This document shows positions 1 to 10,610 of a stretch of DNA of 60,507 nucleotides, piece after piece; the stretch's first letter is position 1, and each line of letters begins with the position of its first letter. The stretch lies in the IMG/VR virus record IMGVR_UViG_3300030090_004814, positions 1-60,507 of that record. One strand, written 5' to 3'. The DNA is from a virus (lineage: Duplodnaviria > Caudoviricetes). The position numbers and the translations under genes are program-made. Under the pieces are notes generated by a model. It worked only from the letters and a program-made list of their open reading frames with translations, did not search any database and was not told the DNA's origin.

Positions 1-87
1 GCATTTACATTATCGGCAAATCTAATTGCTTTAGATGCCCACATATATCCTGCGGAACCATCTAGTGTGAGGTAGGCAGTAACCCCT
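1..87. repeat. Terminal direct repeat, copy 1 (circular assembly overlap)
   Basis: nt 1-87 are identical to 60421-60507 and fall inside a continuous ORF. Confidence 0.97.
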
Positions 88-3000
88 CCTGATCCGTCGT
101 CGGATTGCAGTATTATATCTTTGTCATCAGCGTGATTAACAATGTATAAATCCCCGTTGGTACTGTTAATAAATGAGTCAGTGCCATCATGGTTAAAATA
201 TAAATCGGCTCCTGTGCCAATACCTAAACGACTGTTGTCAGGGAATATTGTAAATGGGTTTCCTGATGAAAGAGAACCATCTAAGTAGAAGTAGGTTTCA
301 TATCCTCCACTACCATCATCACATCTAAATATAACATCTTTATCATCTGCAAAGTTAGATATATAAAAATCGCCAGTATAATTTGTTATGCCTGAATTAG
401 TTCCATCGTGACTAATTTGTAAATCATTAGCATTACCAAAATAGGCAAAAACACTGTCTGCAAAACGAATTTGTTTAGAGGCAATGGAATAACCTGAACC
501 ACCATCTAAACGGAAATATTCAGTAAACCCTCCTGACCCGTCATCAGACATAAATATAATATCTGAATCATCAGCACTGTTGATAAAATACAACCCCCCA
601 GTTGCATTAGTGACATAAGAGTTACTGCCATCATGGTACAGTTGAAGATCGTTTCCACCGCCAAGGTTTAATTGAATGCTGTCAATTAATTTAACATTTT
701 TTGAAAAAATATTTATTCCTTCGCCACCATCTAAACGGAAGTATTGAGTTGTGCCTCCAGAGCCATTATCACATTTAAATATAATATCGGCATCATCAAC
801 AGTCTGCTGAAGGTATAAGTTACCAGTACCAGTTTGACTTATGTAACTGTGCGATCCGTCATGGTGAATATCTAAATCAAGATCAGTTCCAAACCTAATC
901 CTTCGATTATCTGGAAATACTGTAAATGTGTTCGTACCATCAGCAAAAGAACCATCAAGATAAAAGTACGTTGTTAAACCTCCAGAGCCATCATCGCTAC
1001 GGAATATTACATCTCCATCATCAGTTGCATTTTGTACATATAAATCACCAGTCTTATTATTGATGTATGAATGATTTGAGGTATGGACAATTTCTAAATC
1101 TCCAGAAGATCCTGCTTGTAGATAAACATCATCTTGCGCTCTGAAATTTCTATATGCTCGCATTACACGACCACCACCATCGAACTGTAAGTAATTTTCT
1201 ACCCCGCCCGAACCATTTTCAGTTTGAATAAGTATGTCGTCACCGTCTGATAAGTTTCTAATAGTTAAATCGCCAGTGGCATTTTCTAAATAAGTTTGAG
1301 TTCCGTTATGATAAAAAGAAGCATCACCAGAAGAACCGACTACAAAACGGCTACTATCATCGACTTGAATGCCTTGGTTAAATTGCCATCTGTTAGTTGC
1401 ATCAGTCCATTGAATAGTATAATCACTAGCACCTTTTAAAGTAAACCCACCACCATCAGCCGTTGTGTCAGATGGGCTAGATACATTACCTATGATGATG
1501 TTCTTGTCCTCAACTGTCAGATTTGCTGTGTCTAGGGTTGTTGTCGTACCACTTACTGTTAGGTTGCCGTTAACTGTAAGATCGTTGAATGTTTGGTTCG
1601 TACTACCTGAAACTGTTAGGTCACCAGTTATCGTTACACCAGCAGCAGTTGTCTCAAATTTCTTTACGTTGTTATGAAATAAACTTACTGAACCATCAGC
1701 AGTTGCTACAATCATGTCCTCACCATTTCCGCTCTCTATTTGAACAGAATTGTGTGACTGAATATATAAGCTGCCAGTTACATTATTAGTTATTTTGCTG
1801 TGCGTTCCATCGTGATAAAGCTGAAGGTCTCCACCACCACCTAATTTTAGGTAAACACTATCGTTAAGTAAAACCTCTTTTGAAAAAATTGTTTTGTGGC
1901 TTGAACCATCTATACGGAAGTATTGAGCTGTGCCTCCAGAGCCGTCATCACATTGGAATATTATATCTTTATCGTCAGCGTCGTTTCTTATTATTGAGTC
2001 ACCTGTTGTGTTTATTAATTCAAAATTTGTACCAGTGTGGCGAACATACGAATCAGCATCGTTTCCGTAATAACTTGAAATGCTATCTAAGTGTAAAAAG
2101 TTTTTGTGGATCTTAGTATATAAAGCACTTCCGTCTATTGTTATATAGGTTGCTACTCCACCAGAACCGTCATCAGACTGGAAGATAATATCCTTGTCAT
2201 CTGTACTTTGCCTTATGTAAAGGTCACCAACATTTTCTTGGATAAATGAATCAGTGCCATTGTTGATTATTTGCAGGTTCCCTTGATTACCAAACCTTAA
2301 TGATGAGTCGTTAGGGAATACAGTTGTTGGATAACCTGCTCCACCGAAACTACCATCTAAGTAGAAATAAGTTGATGTCCCTCCACTGCCATTATCACAA
2401 TGAAACTCTATGTCTTTGTCATCAGCGTAATTTCTAATAACTAAGTTTCCTACATAGTTTTGAATAAATGAATCTGTTCCGTTATGGTCAATTCTTAAAT
2501 CTCTACTGTCACCAAATGCAATCTGACTATTATCAGGGAATACTGTAAATGGATCTCCAGAAGAAGCTGAACCATCTAAGTAAAAATAAGTTTCTGTTCC
2601 GCCAGAACCGTCATCAGCTTTAAATACAATATCTTTATCAGCAGCAGCTTGACGAATATAAAAGTCACCTGTGTAATTATCTAGATATGTGTTAGCCCCA
2701 TCGTGCATAAAACGAGCATCACCACCTGTACCAATACGAAGTGGTATTGCATCATCCATACGGATTTCTTTATGTGCCTTAGTGTATCCAGAATCACCAT
2801 CTAAACGAAAATAGGTTTCTACTCCACCAGAACCATCATCAGACTGAAATATTATATCTTTATCATCAGCGTAATTAGCAATGTATAAGTCACCAGTTTG
2901 GTTTCGTATATTTGAGTTAGTTCCATCATGCCATATTGATAAATCATAACCGTTACCAAAATAATGATAAATGCCGTCTGGATTTAATATTGCTTTATGG

Positions 3001-5099
3001 AAAATATTTACTGATGACCCGCCATCTATTGTAAAGTAAGGTGTAGTCCCACCACTACCATCGTCAGATTGAAATATAATATCAGAATCATCAGCACTGT
3101 TTCTAATTTCTAAATTGCCGTTTGTGTTATTAAGAAGAGTTTTAGTGCCATCATGATACATAGCAAAATCTTTGCCTGTACCTAAAGATATCAACGAGTT
3201 GTCTGGCCAATTTGTGTAAAGTGATGTTGTAGCACTGCCATCATGTGTTGCTGAAGAACCATCTAAACGGAAGTATTCTGCTAGACCGCCACTACCGTCA
3301 TCACATTCAAATATGATGTCACCATCGTCAGCCCCATTTGTAATATTTAAGTTACCTGTGTTATTAGTTATTAATGAATTACTTCCATCATGCCTAATAT
3401 TTAAGTCCCCAGATGGGCCAAATGTTGCAGGAACATTGTCATTAAAGTTTAAAGTTTTACTAACAAACAAATAACCTAACCCACCATCTAAACGGAAGTA
3501 TTCTGCTACTCCGCCACTTCCGTCGTCACATTGGAAAATGATGTCTTTGTCGTCTGTAAGATTTTTTATTATAAGATCACCTGTACCAATATGTTGTATA
3601 AAAGAATGATCACCTGCGTGTCCTATTTGTAAGTCTAAACCATCACCAAACAAAGCGTAGTGAGTATCCTTAAACTCAAAGTGATTTTCTACTACTGTTC
3701 TACCAGTACTACCATCTAAACGGAAATAAGTTTCCGTGCCTCCACTACCGTCATCGCATTGGAAGATAATATCGTTGTCATCAGTTTGGTTTCTAATATA
3801 TAAATGACCAACATCGTTAATCATGTAAGAATGACTACCATCATGATAAATCTGTAAATCATCACCTGCGCCCAATCTTACTCTTTGGTTATCCCCTAAA
3901 TCTATATGTGAACCTACTGTAATAGCCCCACCGCCTGTGCCGTAGAATGTTGCAAGTCCTGCACTATCTATAAAGAATCTTGGTTGAGCTGAACCATACT
4001 CAAATTTAAAAGTTCTACCAGACATGGTGATTGCCTTGTAATCATTACCATGTTGTATAGAGCCAATGATAGCACCACCTGAGTTTGTATAGGATAAACC
4101 AAGACCACCTTGGTTAGTTCCATCAGCTTCTCCAGAAATTCTTACAACACTATCATTAAAGCTAGCCCCAACATCCCAAGCACTAGATGCTGTTTTTATG
4201 TCAAGCATGGCTTCAGGTGTCGAGGTTCCCAACCCTAAACGACCATTACTGTCTAGCCTCATTCTTTCCGCTGTACCTGTTACATCAATGACAAAGTTGC
4301 CATCACCAAATGTAAGGTTGTCAGAAGAGTTCATTGAGACGGCAGCTATAACTCCACCCCCTGCTGTTTCTGTTAAGAAGGATCTTGTGTTATCTACACG
4401 AACATCTCCACCTTCAAGCTGGAGCATTGCTTGCCCTGCTGTTCCGCCAATCGTTATGTTGCCGTCGGAATGAAGGCGTATTCTTTCAGTGCCTCCTGTG
4501 GTAAATGCTAAAGTGTTGGCAGTCGGTCGAAATATTCCTGTATCACTATCTAAATTAAATCTAACACTTGGGGATGAAGCAGTACCATCACCATGATAAA
4601 CAGTGTTAACTTTTAAATTACCTAACGTACCACTGAAAACTTCTGAGCTGTTTGTAGCCGAAGTTAAAAACGTAAAGGCACTTTCAGAATCATCATAACC
4701 AAAGAATCCAACTCTAGGGGTAGAACCATCATGGTAACGGAACTCAATACCCCTATCTTTATTGTCATCAGATGAAGGAGCCGTGTCACCACCTATGGTG
4801 AATACAGGGTCGTCAATGGTGACCACTGTACTGTTGAAAGAAGTCGTGGTTCCTGTTACATCCAAATCCCCCGCTATGATCAGCTTATCAGCACTCTCAT
4901 CCCATTGTAAATACTTACCACTTGTAGCTCCGAAGAACTTTACGTCGTGGCCTAAATCATTTTCCCCTACAGTTAAAGTACCTCCTAATTGTAGGTTACC
5001 TCCTATAGTGCCACCCGCTAAAAGATTAAACGAGCCATCATTGAGGCTCGCTGTTATGACGTTGGTGACTTCGGTTACTTTAACTACTTCGTTAGCCAT
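1..5099 (-). CDS. Giant repeat-rich tail fibre/adhesin, N-terminal part; continues across the junction into 60420-57852 (~2555 aa total)
   Basis: ATG at 5099 overlaps the upstream TAA and reads MANEVVKVTEVTNVITAS. It is missing from the ORF track, consistent with no stop before the edge. It is in frame with ORF 57852-60464 and has ~75-aa repeats DLxIxHDGxNSxI..GDLxI..DDKDIxFxxDDGSGG..YFxLDG. Confidence 0.9.
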   Translation of the reverse strand, partial: MANEVVKVTEVTNVITASLNDGSFNLLAGGTIGGNLQLGGTLTVGENDLGHDVKFFGATSGKYLQWDESADKLIIAGDLDVTGTTTSFNSTVVTIDDPVFTIGGDTAPSSDDNKDRGIEFRYHDGSTPRVGFFGYDDSESAFTFLTSATNSSEVFSGTLGNLKVNTVYHGDGTASSPSVRFNLDSDTGIFRPTANTLAFTTGGTERIRLHSDGNITIGGTAGQAMLQLEGGDVRVDNTRSFLTETAGGGVIAAVSMNSSDNLTFGDGNFVIDVTGTAERMRLDSNGRLGLGTSTPEAMLDIKTASSAWDVGASFNDSVVRISGEADGTNQGGLGLSYTNSGGAIIGSIQHGNDYKAITMSGRTFKFEYGSAQPRFFIDSAGLATFYGTGGGAITVGSHIDLGDNQRVRLGAGDDLQIYHDGSHSYMINDVGHLYIRNQTDDNDIIFQCDDGSGGTETYFRLDGSTGRTVVENHFEFKDTHYALFGDGLDLQIGHAGDHSFIQHIGTGDLIIKNLTDDKDIIFQCDDGSGGVAEYFRLDGGLGYLFVSKTLNFNDNVPATFGPSGDLNIRHDGSNSLITNNTGNLNITNGADDGDIIFECDDGSGGLAEYFRLDGSSATHDGSATTSLYTNWPDNSLISLGTGKDFAMYHDGTKTLLNNTNGNLEIRNSADDSDIIFQSDDGSGGTTPYFTIDGGSSVNIFHKAILNPDGIYHYFGNGYDLSIWHDGTNSNIRNQTGDLYIANYADDKDIIFQSDDGSGGVETYFRLDGDSGYTKAHKEIRMDDAIPLRIGTGGDARFMHDGANTYLDNYTGDFYIRQAAADKDIVFKADDGSGGTETYFYLDGSASSGDPFTVFPDNSQIAFGDSRDLRIDHNGTDSFIQNYVGNLVIRNYADDKDIEFHCDNGSGGTSTYFYLDGSFGGAGYPTTVFPNDSSLRFGNQGNLQIINNGTDSFIQENVGDLYIRQSTDDKDIIFQSDDGSGGVATYITIDGSALYTKIHKNFLHLDSISSYYGNDADSYVRHTGTNFELINTTGDSIIRNDADDKDIIFQCDDGSGGTAQYFRIDGSSHKTIFSKEVLLNDSVYLKLGGGGDLQLYHDGTHSKITNNVTGSLYIQSHNSVQIESGNGEDMIVATADGSVSLFHNNVKKFETTAAGVTITGDLTVSGSTNQTFNDLTVNGNLTVSGTTTTLDTANLTVEDKNIIIGNVSSPSDTTADGGGFTLKGASDYTIQWTDATNRWQFNQGIQVDDSSRFVVGSSGDASFYHNGTQTYLENATGDLTIRNLSDGDDILIQTENGSGGVENYLQFDGGGRVMRAYRNFRAQDDVYLQAGSSGDLEIVHTSNHSYINNKTGDLYVQNATDDGDVIFRSDDGSGGLTTYFYLDGSFADGTNTFTVFPDNRRIRFGTDLDLDIHHDGSHSYISQTGTGNLYLQQTVDDADIIFKCDNGSGGTTQYFRLDGGEGINIFSKNVKLIDSIQLNLGGGNDLQLYHDGSNSYVTNATGGLYFINSADDSDIIFMSDDGSGGFTEYFRLDGGSGYSIASKQIRFADSVFAYFGNANDLQISHDGTNSGITNYTGDFYISNFADDKDVIFRCDDGSGGYETYFYLDGSLSSGNPFTIFPDNSRLGIGTGADLYFNHDGTDSFINSTNGDLYIVNHADDKDIILQSDDGSGGVTAYLTLDGSAGYMWASKAIRFADNVN

Positions 5100-5737
5100 T
5101 ATATAATTTCTGCTTTGATATCAAATCTTAATCGTATTGAGTGTATTACCTCAGTAGAGGCCGTATCGGTATCTGTTATTTGTAAGTCCCCAAAGACTGT
5201 AACATCTTCATTAGGTAATTTAGTAGACTGAGCACCACTCCAATAAAGAACTATATTAGGTAAACTACTTGTGCTTCCAATATTTGGGAATCGTATCCTG
5301 CCTGTAGAGTTTTGATTACTACCACTTGTATTACTAGTCAGTGTATCTACAATAGGCCCGTTAAAAGAGTTTCCTATTTTCCTACGAATAACTAAACTAG
5401 CAGTAAACTGAGCGTCTGAGGTGTAAAAGTTTTTAGATGGAACAACAGCCGTTTCATCATCTGCAATATTTCCACTAAGGTCATTCGCACTAGAACCATC
5501 AGAAGTTAGAGTGGTTGTTCCTACAAGTGCGTCTTGTGATAAGATAATAGTAGCCCCACTTGAAAATAAAACAGTAGTAGCTGCTGGTATAAACTTATTC
5601 AAAGCATCAATCGTTACAGTATCTGCTCCTGCTGAAGCAGCTCCATTTGCAACAGGCTTTGCATCACTTGGAGCAAATGCTAAAGCTACATTAACTGATT
5701 TACCTCTCTTTAAAACTATTGGTGATATTTCAGCCAT
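5099..5737 (-). CDS. Tail/baseplate-associated protein (fibre attachment-like)
   Basis: Likely start MAEISP at 5737; beta-rich; translationally coupled to the fibre gene. Confidence 0.65.
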   Translation of the reverse strand: MAEISPIVLKRGKSVNVALAFAPSDAKPVANGAASAGADTVTIDALNKFIPAATTVLFSSGATIILSQDALVGTTTLTSDGSSANDLSGNIADDETAVVPSKNFYTSDAQFTASLVIRRKIGNSFNGPIVDTLTSNTSGSNQNSTGRIRFPNIGSTSSLPNIVLYWSGAQSTKLPNEDVTVFGDLQITDTDTASTEVIHSIRLRFDIKAEII

Positions 5738-5768
5738 AATATAATTGTTTGTTTTATTGTTAAATTGT

Positions 5769-6827
5769 TTAATACATTCCTGACATGCCCGCACCAATTC
5801 CCCCTGGGGCAACATGTAAAGTCGGCTTTGCAGACCCCCTGTATGAATCCGTATCTGTTTCTAAAAGTTGTGCTACTAAACCCCAATGATAAGAAGCCCT
5901 TTGAATGTCAGCGTTATCTTCTGAAAGTTTACCTAAAAGAGCATGTTTTAAAATTGCGTTAGAAGGCATGTGTACTAAATCAGAAGTACTATCTACATCT
6001 ACCCACTTACGTTTTAAAAGCATGTGAGCTGTTGAGGTAGAATCAGTACCGCCTACTCTAAATCTCCTGTACCTAGAAGATCCGTTATCTGTTGTTATAT
6101 CCACAAGATGTACGTCTTTACTTGCGTCTTGAGCATCTGATGACGAAGAAGCCTCACCCATGTACCTGCCTATTATCCTAACAGGGGCATCTACTTTTAT
6201 ATCTGTCCAACTAATAGATAAGACTTGATTTGCGTCTGCTGCTATAACAAAAAGGTCTGCATCAGATCCATCAGAGGGTGCTGTTTCATTTTCTAAATTA
6301 TGTATAGACTCATTATAAGAAAACCCTTCCAATACGCTATTCGCAGGTATCTCAGCTAATGAGTCAGTTTTATCTGTAAATTTTCTATACCTGTACGTAA
6401 ATCGTCCTTCATAAGGAAGAAAAAACTTAAAAGGTGCTTTCAAAGAAACTACTTTGAAATCATACTTTCCTGCGGGATCAAGATCTCTATAAGTAGGTGC
6501 GTAGCCATCATCAATGAAAGCAGACATATCGGTCTTATCATTATCATTTGTCCCAAACAATTTATAGTCATGCCATAAAGAACGGGTAGGTAATGGATTA
6601 TTATCTAATATTCCAGCTACTATAGAATCAGTGTCTTGAGGTAAAGACACATACCCTTCAGAAGCATCTTGTGTGTGTTCTACAAGCATCTCTCTCCAAT
6701 ACCCCATCTTGTAAATACGGGGCATGACCTCGTTTAAAGCATTACGGAAATCTTCTTGTTCCGAAGAAGAAGCGTCTAAATATTGAGAATGGGTAGCAAA
6801 TAATTGCTCTGTAGTTTTAGCTGGCAC
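5769..6827 (-). CDS. Putative tail tubular/adaptor (head-tail connector) protein
   Basis: ~350-aa ORF in the structural block; probable GTG start at 6827 just after a -10 box; function inferred from position. Confidence 0.6.
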   Translation of the reverse strand: MPAKTTEQLFATHSQYLDASSSEQEDFRNALNEVMPRIYKMGYWREMLVEHTQDASEGYVSLPQDTDSIVAGILDNNPLPTRSLWHDYKLFGTNDNDKTDMSAFIDDGYAPTYRDLDPAGKYDFKVVSLKAPFKFFLPYEGRFTYRYRKFTDKTDSLAEIPANSVLEGFSYNESIHNLENETAPSDGSDADLFVIAADANQVLSISWTDIKVDAPVRIIGRYMGEASSSSDAQDASKDVHLVDITTDNGSSRYRRFRVGGTDSTSTAHMLLKRKWVDVDSTSDLVHMPSNAILKHALLGKLSEDNADIQRASYHWGLVAQLLETDTDSYRGSAKPTLHVAPGGIGAGMSGMY

Positions 6828-6832
6828 ATTTA

Positions 6833-6860
6833 AATATAAGTGCTTTACAAAGCAATTCAA
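6833..6860 (-). promoter_or_regulatory. sigma70-like promoter, near-leaderless
   Basis: TTGAAT-16-TATATT, 5 nt before GTG 6827. Confidence 0.45.
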
Positions 6861-6875
6861 CCCATTGAAATGGGT

Positions 6876-7136
6876 CTAATCATCTGTGTAAAAAGATACA
6901 GGGACTATATATTCAGGTTTTCCAATCAAAACAAAGTACGCAGATCTATGTCTCCCCTCTAAAAGTTGAGAAGATCTGCCTGGTGCAATATAAACTTTAG
7001 CTGGATTCTCTTTATCCCACCCTTTATTTAGGCTGTCAATTGTCTCTTGAGGTAGGAAATCCACCTTCAAATCCCGCAAACTATGTAAAGAATTTAAAAT
7101 ACTAGCTGTTAAGTACCCTTCTCCTATCTTCTGCAT
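6876..7136 (-). CDS. Small ParB/Srx-like domain protein
   Basis: LLEGRHRS resembles the ParB-N DGxHR motif. Confidence 0.45.
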   Translation of the reverse strand: MQKIGEGYLTASILNSLHSLRDLKVDFLPQETIDSLNKGWDKENPAKVYIAPGRSSQLLEGRHRSAYFVLIGKPEYIVPVSFYTDD

Positions 7137-8246
7137 CTACACAATCCCTGTTAACCCTGTGTTTGTAGCATTTGGAGCCACTAATTGTGCGGTATCATCA
7201 GTAGCTGTATGGTCTAAAGGAGGCACCCTATCTGGGTTAGTATTACCATCAATCACATGATTACTTCGCACATAAGTAGGGCAGTCGTATCTCCACCATT
7301 CTATTATAGGGGTTGAAGGGGTTGTAGTATCATCAAAGCTTATAGACCCCCAAACAAACTTACGTGATGCATCGGTGTTCCTCCAAGAGTCATGCTTAAC
7401 TGAAAAAACATCGTCTGTGTCAGAGTCAGCTTGTTTAACAACTTTTATCTCAGGAGCTGCGTTAACAAAATAATTTCTCTCTAGCAATGGGACATATGTA
7501 TATGGAGTAAGTCCTGAACTTGATCCTGAACCAAAAGGAGCACCTATATTATCAACCATACTTATAGTTTTAGGGTCTGAAATATCATGTTGGTGGGAAG
7601 CAAAGCTAGAATCATTGCCGTTGTCTGCTGATTCTGCAACTGTTTCCATAACAGAATCATCTCCTGAACTACGAGGGCCTACTTTTAATTGAGGTATTTG
7701 AGATCTGATACCTGCATACGTACCATCTCCTGCCACACGAGCCGCTAAAGATTCATCATTTGAAAGATAATTTACCTCTAAATATATAATATGATTCTCC
7801 CCATCGGTTAATTGAAGTCTTGGTCGTCTAACTGTTGATCCTCCAAAAGCATCAGCATCATTAATTGCTCTAGCAGAGCCTCCTGAAGAATCCACCATAG
7901 TGGGTCTGAAAGGCCACGCATCATTCCAAGAGTTATGCCAAAATCCTCCTGAAGCTCTTGCTACAGGAAGAAACACCACTCCGGCGGTAGTGAACTCAAA
8001 ATAAAAGTTATTACCCTCTTGATAAACATTAGGCTGGAAAGGAAGAGTTACAGAAGCTCCTGCATCACCAGGAATACGTGGAGTCTCTGAAAAGCCTCCT
8101 TCATCATAATCATTTGTTATCTTGCTAATAGGAAGATCTTTAAAATTTGGAGTACCTACGTTTGGTGTCTCTTGATAATTACCTGGCCCAAAAGGCCCAC
8201 TGCCCTGAAAAGTGGGCTGAAAACCTGGATCTTCTTTTTTAGACAT
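7137..8246 (-). CDS. Virion structural (tail) protein
   Basis: 369 aa, G/S/D/T-rich, in the structural operon. Confidence 0.6.
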   Translation of the reverse strand: MSKKEDPGFQPTFQGSGPFGPGNYQETPNVGTPNFKDLPISKITNDYDEGGFSETPRIPGDAGASVTLPFQPNVYQEGNNFYFEFTTAGVVFLPVARASGGFWHNSWNDAWPFRPTMVDSSGGSARAINDADAFGGSTVRRPRLQLTDGENHIIYLEVNYLSNDESLAARVAGDGTYAGIRSQIPQLKVGPRSSGDDSVMETVAESADNGNDSSFASHQHDISDPKTISMVDNIGAPFGSGSSSGLTPYTYVPLLERNYFVNAAPEIKVVKQADSDTDDVFSVKHDSWRNTDASRKFVWGSISFDDTTTPSTPIIEWWRYDCPTYVRSNHVIDGNTNPDRVPPLDHTATDDTAQLVAPNATNTGLTGIV

Positions 8247-8247
8247 T

Positions 8248-9708
8248 TTAAGTGTTATGAGGAGGGAAAGCAGTAAGCCTTTCTCTTAAATAACCTCCCC
8301 TAAAGGGTTTTTGTGAATCTGAAATAACTATACTAGAAGGCCAGTCTGTATAATCTCCTGTGGATGTAAAAACTCTCGTGCTCCCAGTATATTCATATAT
8401 AGGGTGATTTGTCCCTGAAGTAGCCGTCAAAAATATATCGGGGTGTAGTGTGGGCTTTATACTTAAACTTACTATTGGAGTCTTATACTGCACAGGTCTT
8501 GGCAGCATAGGGACTAATAGCTGTAGGTTTGTAGACGTAAAAGAATCAGAGACAGGTTCCCCATAAGGTGTTGCACTCCAAAACAACTGAACCAACATTT
8601 TAGTAGGTCCTCTGTAAGTATCCCTTTTATAAACAGGATATACTACAGTATCTGCTCCCTTGTTCTCCTTTCTTTGCCAACTTTCAGCATCAACAGGACC
8701 ACCATTAGAAGTATCTAAGACAGCGGGCCAAGTATAATCTTGCGTGGTGTAATACTCTTTGACTAACCCTTCAGTAGCAGGAGAACCACTTTTTTGTGTT
8801 TTGATAACTTCTCTTTCAGCAACAGCAAACCAATTATTAGACAATTGTCTGACCTCTCTGAAGATACCAAAGTAACTCGTTCCCGCAGTATCAGCTTCCC
8901 TAAAGGTTCCCCAAATATCTGACTGAGAATGCCCCTTCTTAACTGCTTGATCCACAGTAACAGAGGGGTCTAACACACTCATTGAATCATTAGGCTCTTT
9001 AAACTCTGTAGTCTTTTTAAGAACCTCGTCTTTATAATAAATAGTTTCTTTAGAACGTAATGGAACAGAAAATTGAGGGTCAAGATCCACTCTTCTTATA
9101 GGTACTTTCTTTACATAAACTCTCTGCTCTACAACATATAAAGAGTCTAACGTTTCATCACCTGACCGAACCTGCTTCTTTTCAAAAAGTACATAATTAA
9201 AATCAGTGGAAGCCTCAATCTCCCCAACAACATTTGGGCCAACACCTTGCCCAAAAGGGTCATGGATTGTTGTAGGCATCGCTGTGTTAAGTGCAGGTGC
9301 TGTCTCTTCAAAGTAATCTGTACCAGCAACTTCTCCCGTAGCTGGAGCACCATTAGCACCAGACCCATACCTTGGTAGTACATAAGTACGGACTACGGAA
9401 TCATAACGAGCAGAACCAACGCCAGCGGCTTGATACTCCCAATTATAATCATCTTGCTTCTCCCTATCTTTTATATAATACCATAACTGAAACTGTCCTT
9501 GCGAAGTGTCAGCGTTTTTAATTAAGGCTAGTTTGAAGTTAGGGAACTTTGCACTATTAGGATGTGCTGTTCCATATGGAACATTATCAGCGCTATCCGA
9601 AGATGATACATTCCTACTAGCATCTACAGTCTCTACTACAACTAGGTCAGAAACCTTGGGAGTTGTAAATTGTATTATTCTTTGACGCTTATTAGGAGAC
9701 GTTGCCAT
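8248..9708 (-). CDS. Virion structural (tail) protein
   Basis: 486-aa beta-rich ORF in the structural operon. Confidence 0.65.
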   Translation of the reverse strand: MATSPNKRQRIIQFTTPKVSDLVVVETVDASRNVSSSDSADNVPYGTAHPNSAKFPNFKLALIKNADTSQGQFQLWYYIKDREKQDDYNWEYQAAGVGSARYDSVVRTYVLPRYGSGANGAPATGEVAGTDYFEETAPALNTAMPTTIHDPFGQGVGPNVVGEIEASTDFNYVLFEKKQVRSGDETLDSLYVVEQRVYVKKVPIRRVDLDPQFSVPLRSKETIYYKDEVLKKTTEFKEPNDSMSVLDPSVTVDQAVKKGHSQSDIWGTFREADTAGTSYFGIFREVRQLSNNWFAVAEREVIKTQKSGSPATEGLVKEYYTTQDYTWPAVLDTSNGGPVDAESWQRKENKGADTVVYPVYKRDTYRGPTKMLVQLFWSATPYGEPVSDSFTSTNLQLLVPMLPRPVQYKTPIVSLSIKPTLHPDIFLTATSGTNHPIYEYTGSTRVFTSTGDYTDWPSSIVISDSQKPFRGGYLRERLTAFPPHNT

Positions 9709-9714
9709 GTAAAA

Positions 9715-10227
9715 TTAATCTTTCGCTAAACAAACAACTGTAATAGTTGCAGCTCCTCCACAAGTAAACACCACCGCTTCACTACCTTGAATAGTGTACT
9801 GAGGGACTAACAGAGCAGATCTAGCTGCTCCATTTAAAAGTTTTATGTCACCTGTTTCATCGTTGGGGCCATTAGCTCTAACCCATTGGGAATTAGTTGA
9901 AGGGACCTCATAATATATAGAAACAACTTTAGTCATCGAAGGAAGAGCTGTTCCCGCAGCATCGAAAGTAGTACTTCCCGCTCCTTTTATAACAGCATCA
10001 CTCCCACCTGAAGTCTGTGTGACAGATCCATTTGAAAGTACCCAACTAACTTGATCATCATTACTCCCAAAAGTTATTTGGAAACTATAAATTATATCTG
10101 CATCAGTTGAGGATAAAGAATAAGCGTTAGTACCCCCCACAGGAATAGAGCTTTGAATACCACTCGTTGAACCGACTTTTGCCGACAACTGTTGGACCAA
10201 TGTTAAAGATGTTAATGATTGGGCCAT
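9715..10227 (-). CDS. Virion structural protein
   Basis: 170 aa, S/T/G-rich, coupled to upstream gene (TAATG). Confidence 0.6.
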   Translation of the reverse strand: MAQSLTSLTLVQQLSAKVGSTSGIQSSIPVGGTNAYSLSSTDADIIYSFQITFGSNDDQVSWVLSNGSVTQTSGGSDAVIKGAGSTTFDAAGTALPSMTKVVSIYYEVPSTNSQWVRANGPNDETGDIKLLNGAARSALLVPQYTIQGSEAVVFTCGGAATITVVCLAKD

Positions 10228-10523
10228 TATTCAACTTCTTCACCCCCTGCTTGCTCTTCCATATCCCTATAGAGTTTCAAAGCAAATTGAGATACAGTCA
10301 TATCTCCTGAGGCAAGTTCTTCAGAAAGACCAGGGTCTTGCTGTAATAATAAAATAATTTGCTGCATAACAGCTAAATGACCTTGATCTGCATCATTAAA
10401 CTCAGTTCCTGCAATTACTTCAAATATCTGTTCTAGTATTTCTTCACTAGGTAATTGAACTTCTGGAGTTTCTTCAACAGCTTCTTCAGCCATGACTTCT
10501 TCGTCTAAATTTTCTTCAGCCAT
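10227..10523 (-). CDS. Acidic hypothetical protein
   Basis: Likely start MAEENL at 10523; Glu-rich. Confidence 0.7.
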   Translation of the reverse strand: MAEENLDEEVMAEEAVEETPEVQLPSEEILEQIFEVIAGTEFNDADQGHLAVMQQIILLLQQDPGLSEELASGDMTVSQFALKLYRDMEEQAGGEEVE

Positions 10524-10530
10524 AATATAT

Positions 10531-10587
10531 AAATAAATAAATAAATAAATAACCCCGATCCCCTCCTTTTGCAAGAGGATCGGGGAT
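10531..10587 (-). terminator. Intrinsic terminator
   Basis: CCCCGATCC/GGATCGGGG stem (10553-10585) followed on - strand by (TTTA)5. Confidence 0.75.
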
Positions 10588-10610
10588 TATTGTGGATTGT
10601 TACTCAACTA

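Noticed and set aside
1-3800. ~225-nt periodic repeats as CRISPR array or DGR template/variable repeats
   Set aside because: Repeats are protein-coding and diverge at synonymous sites; no RT, no adenine-specific pattern seen, no repeat-spacer structure
1465-5744. + strand ORFs antisense to the fibre and neighbouring genes (and similar ones at 15276, 16742, 36145, 37885, 43779, 48152)
   Set aside because: Shadow ORFs arising from codon bias of the real genes on the opposite strand
10531-10552. (AAAT)5 as a phase-variable microsatellite
   Set aside because: Adequately explained as the U-rich tail of the adjacent terminator plus an AT-rich leader
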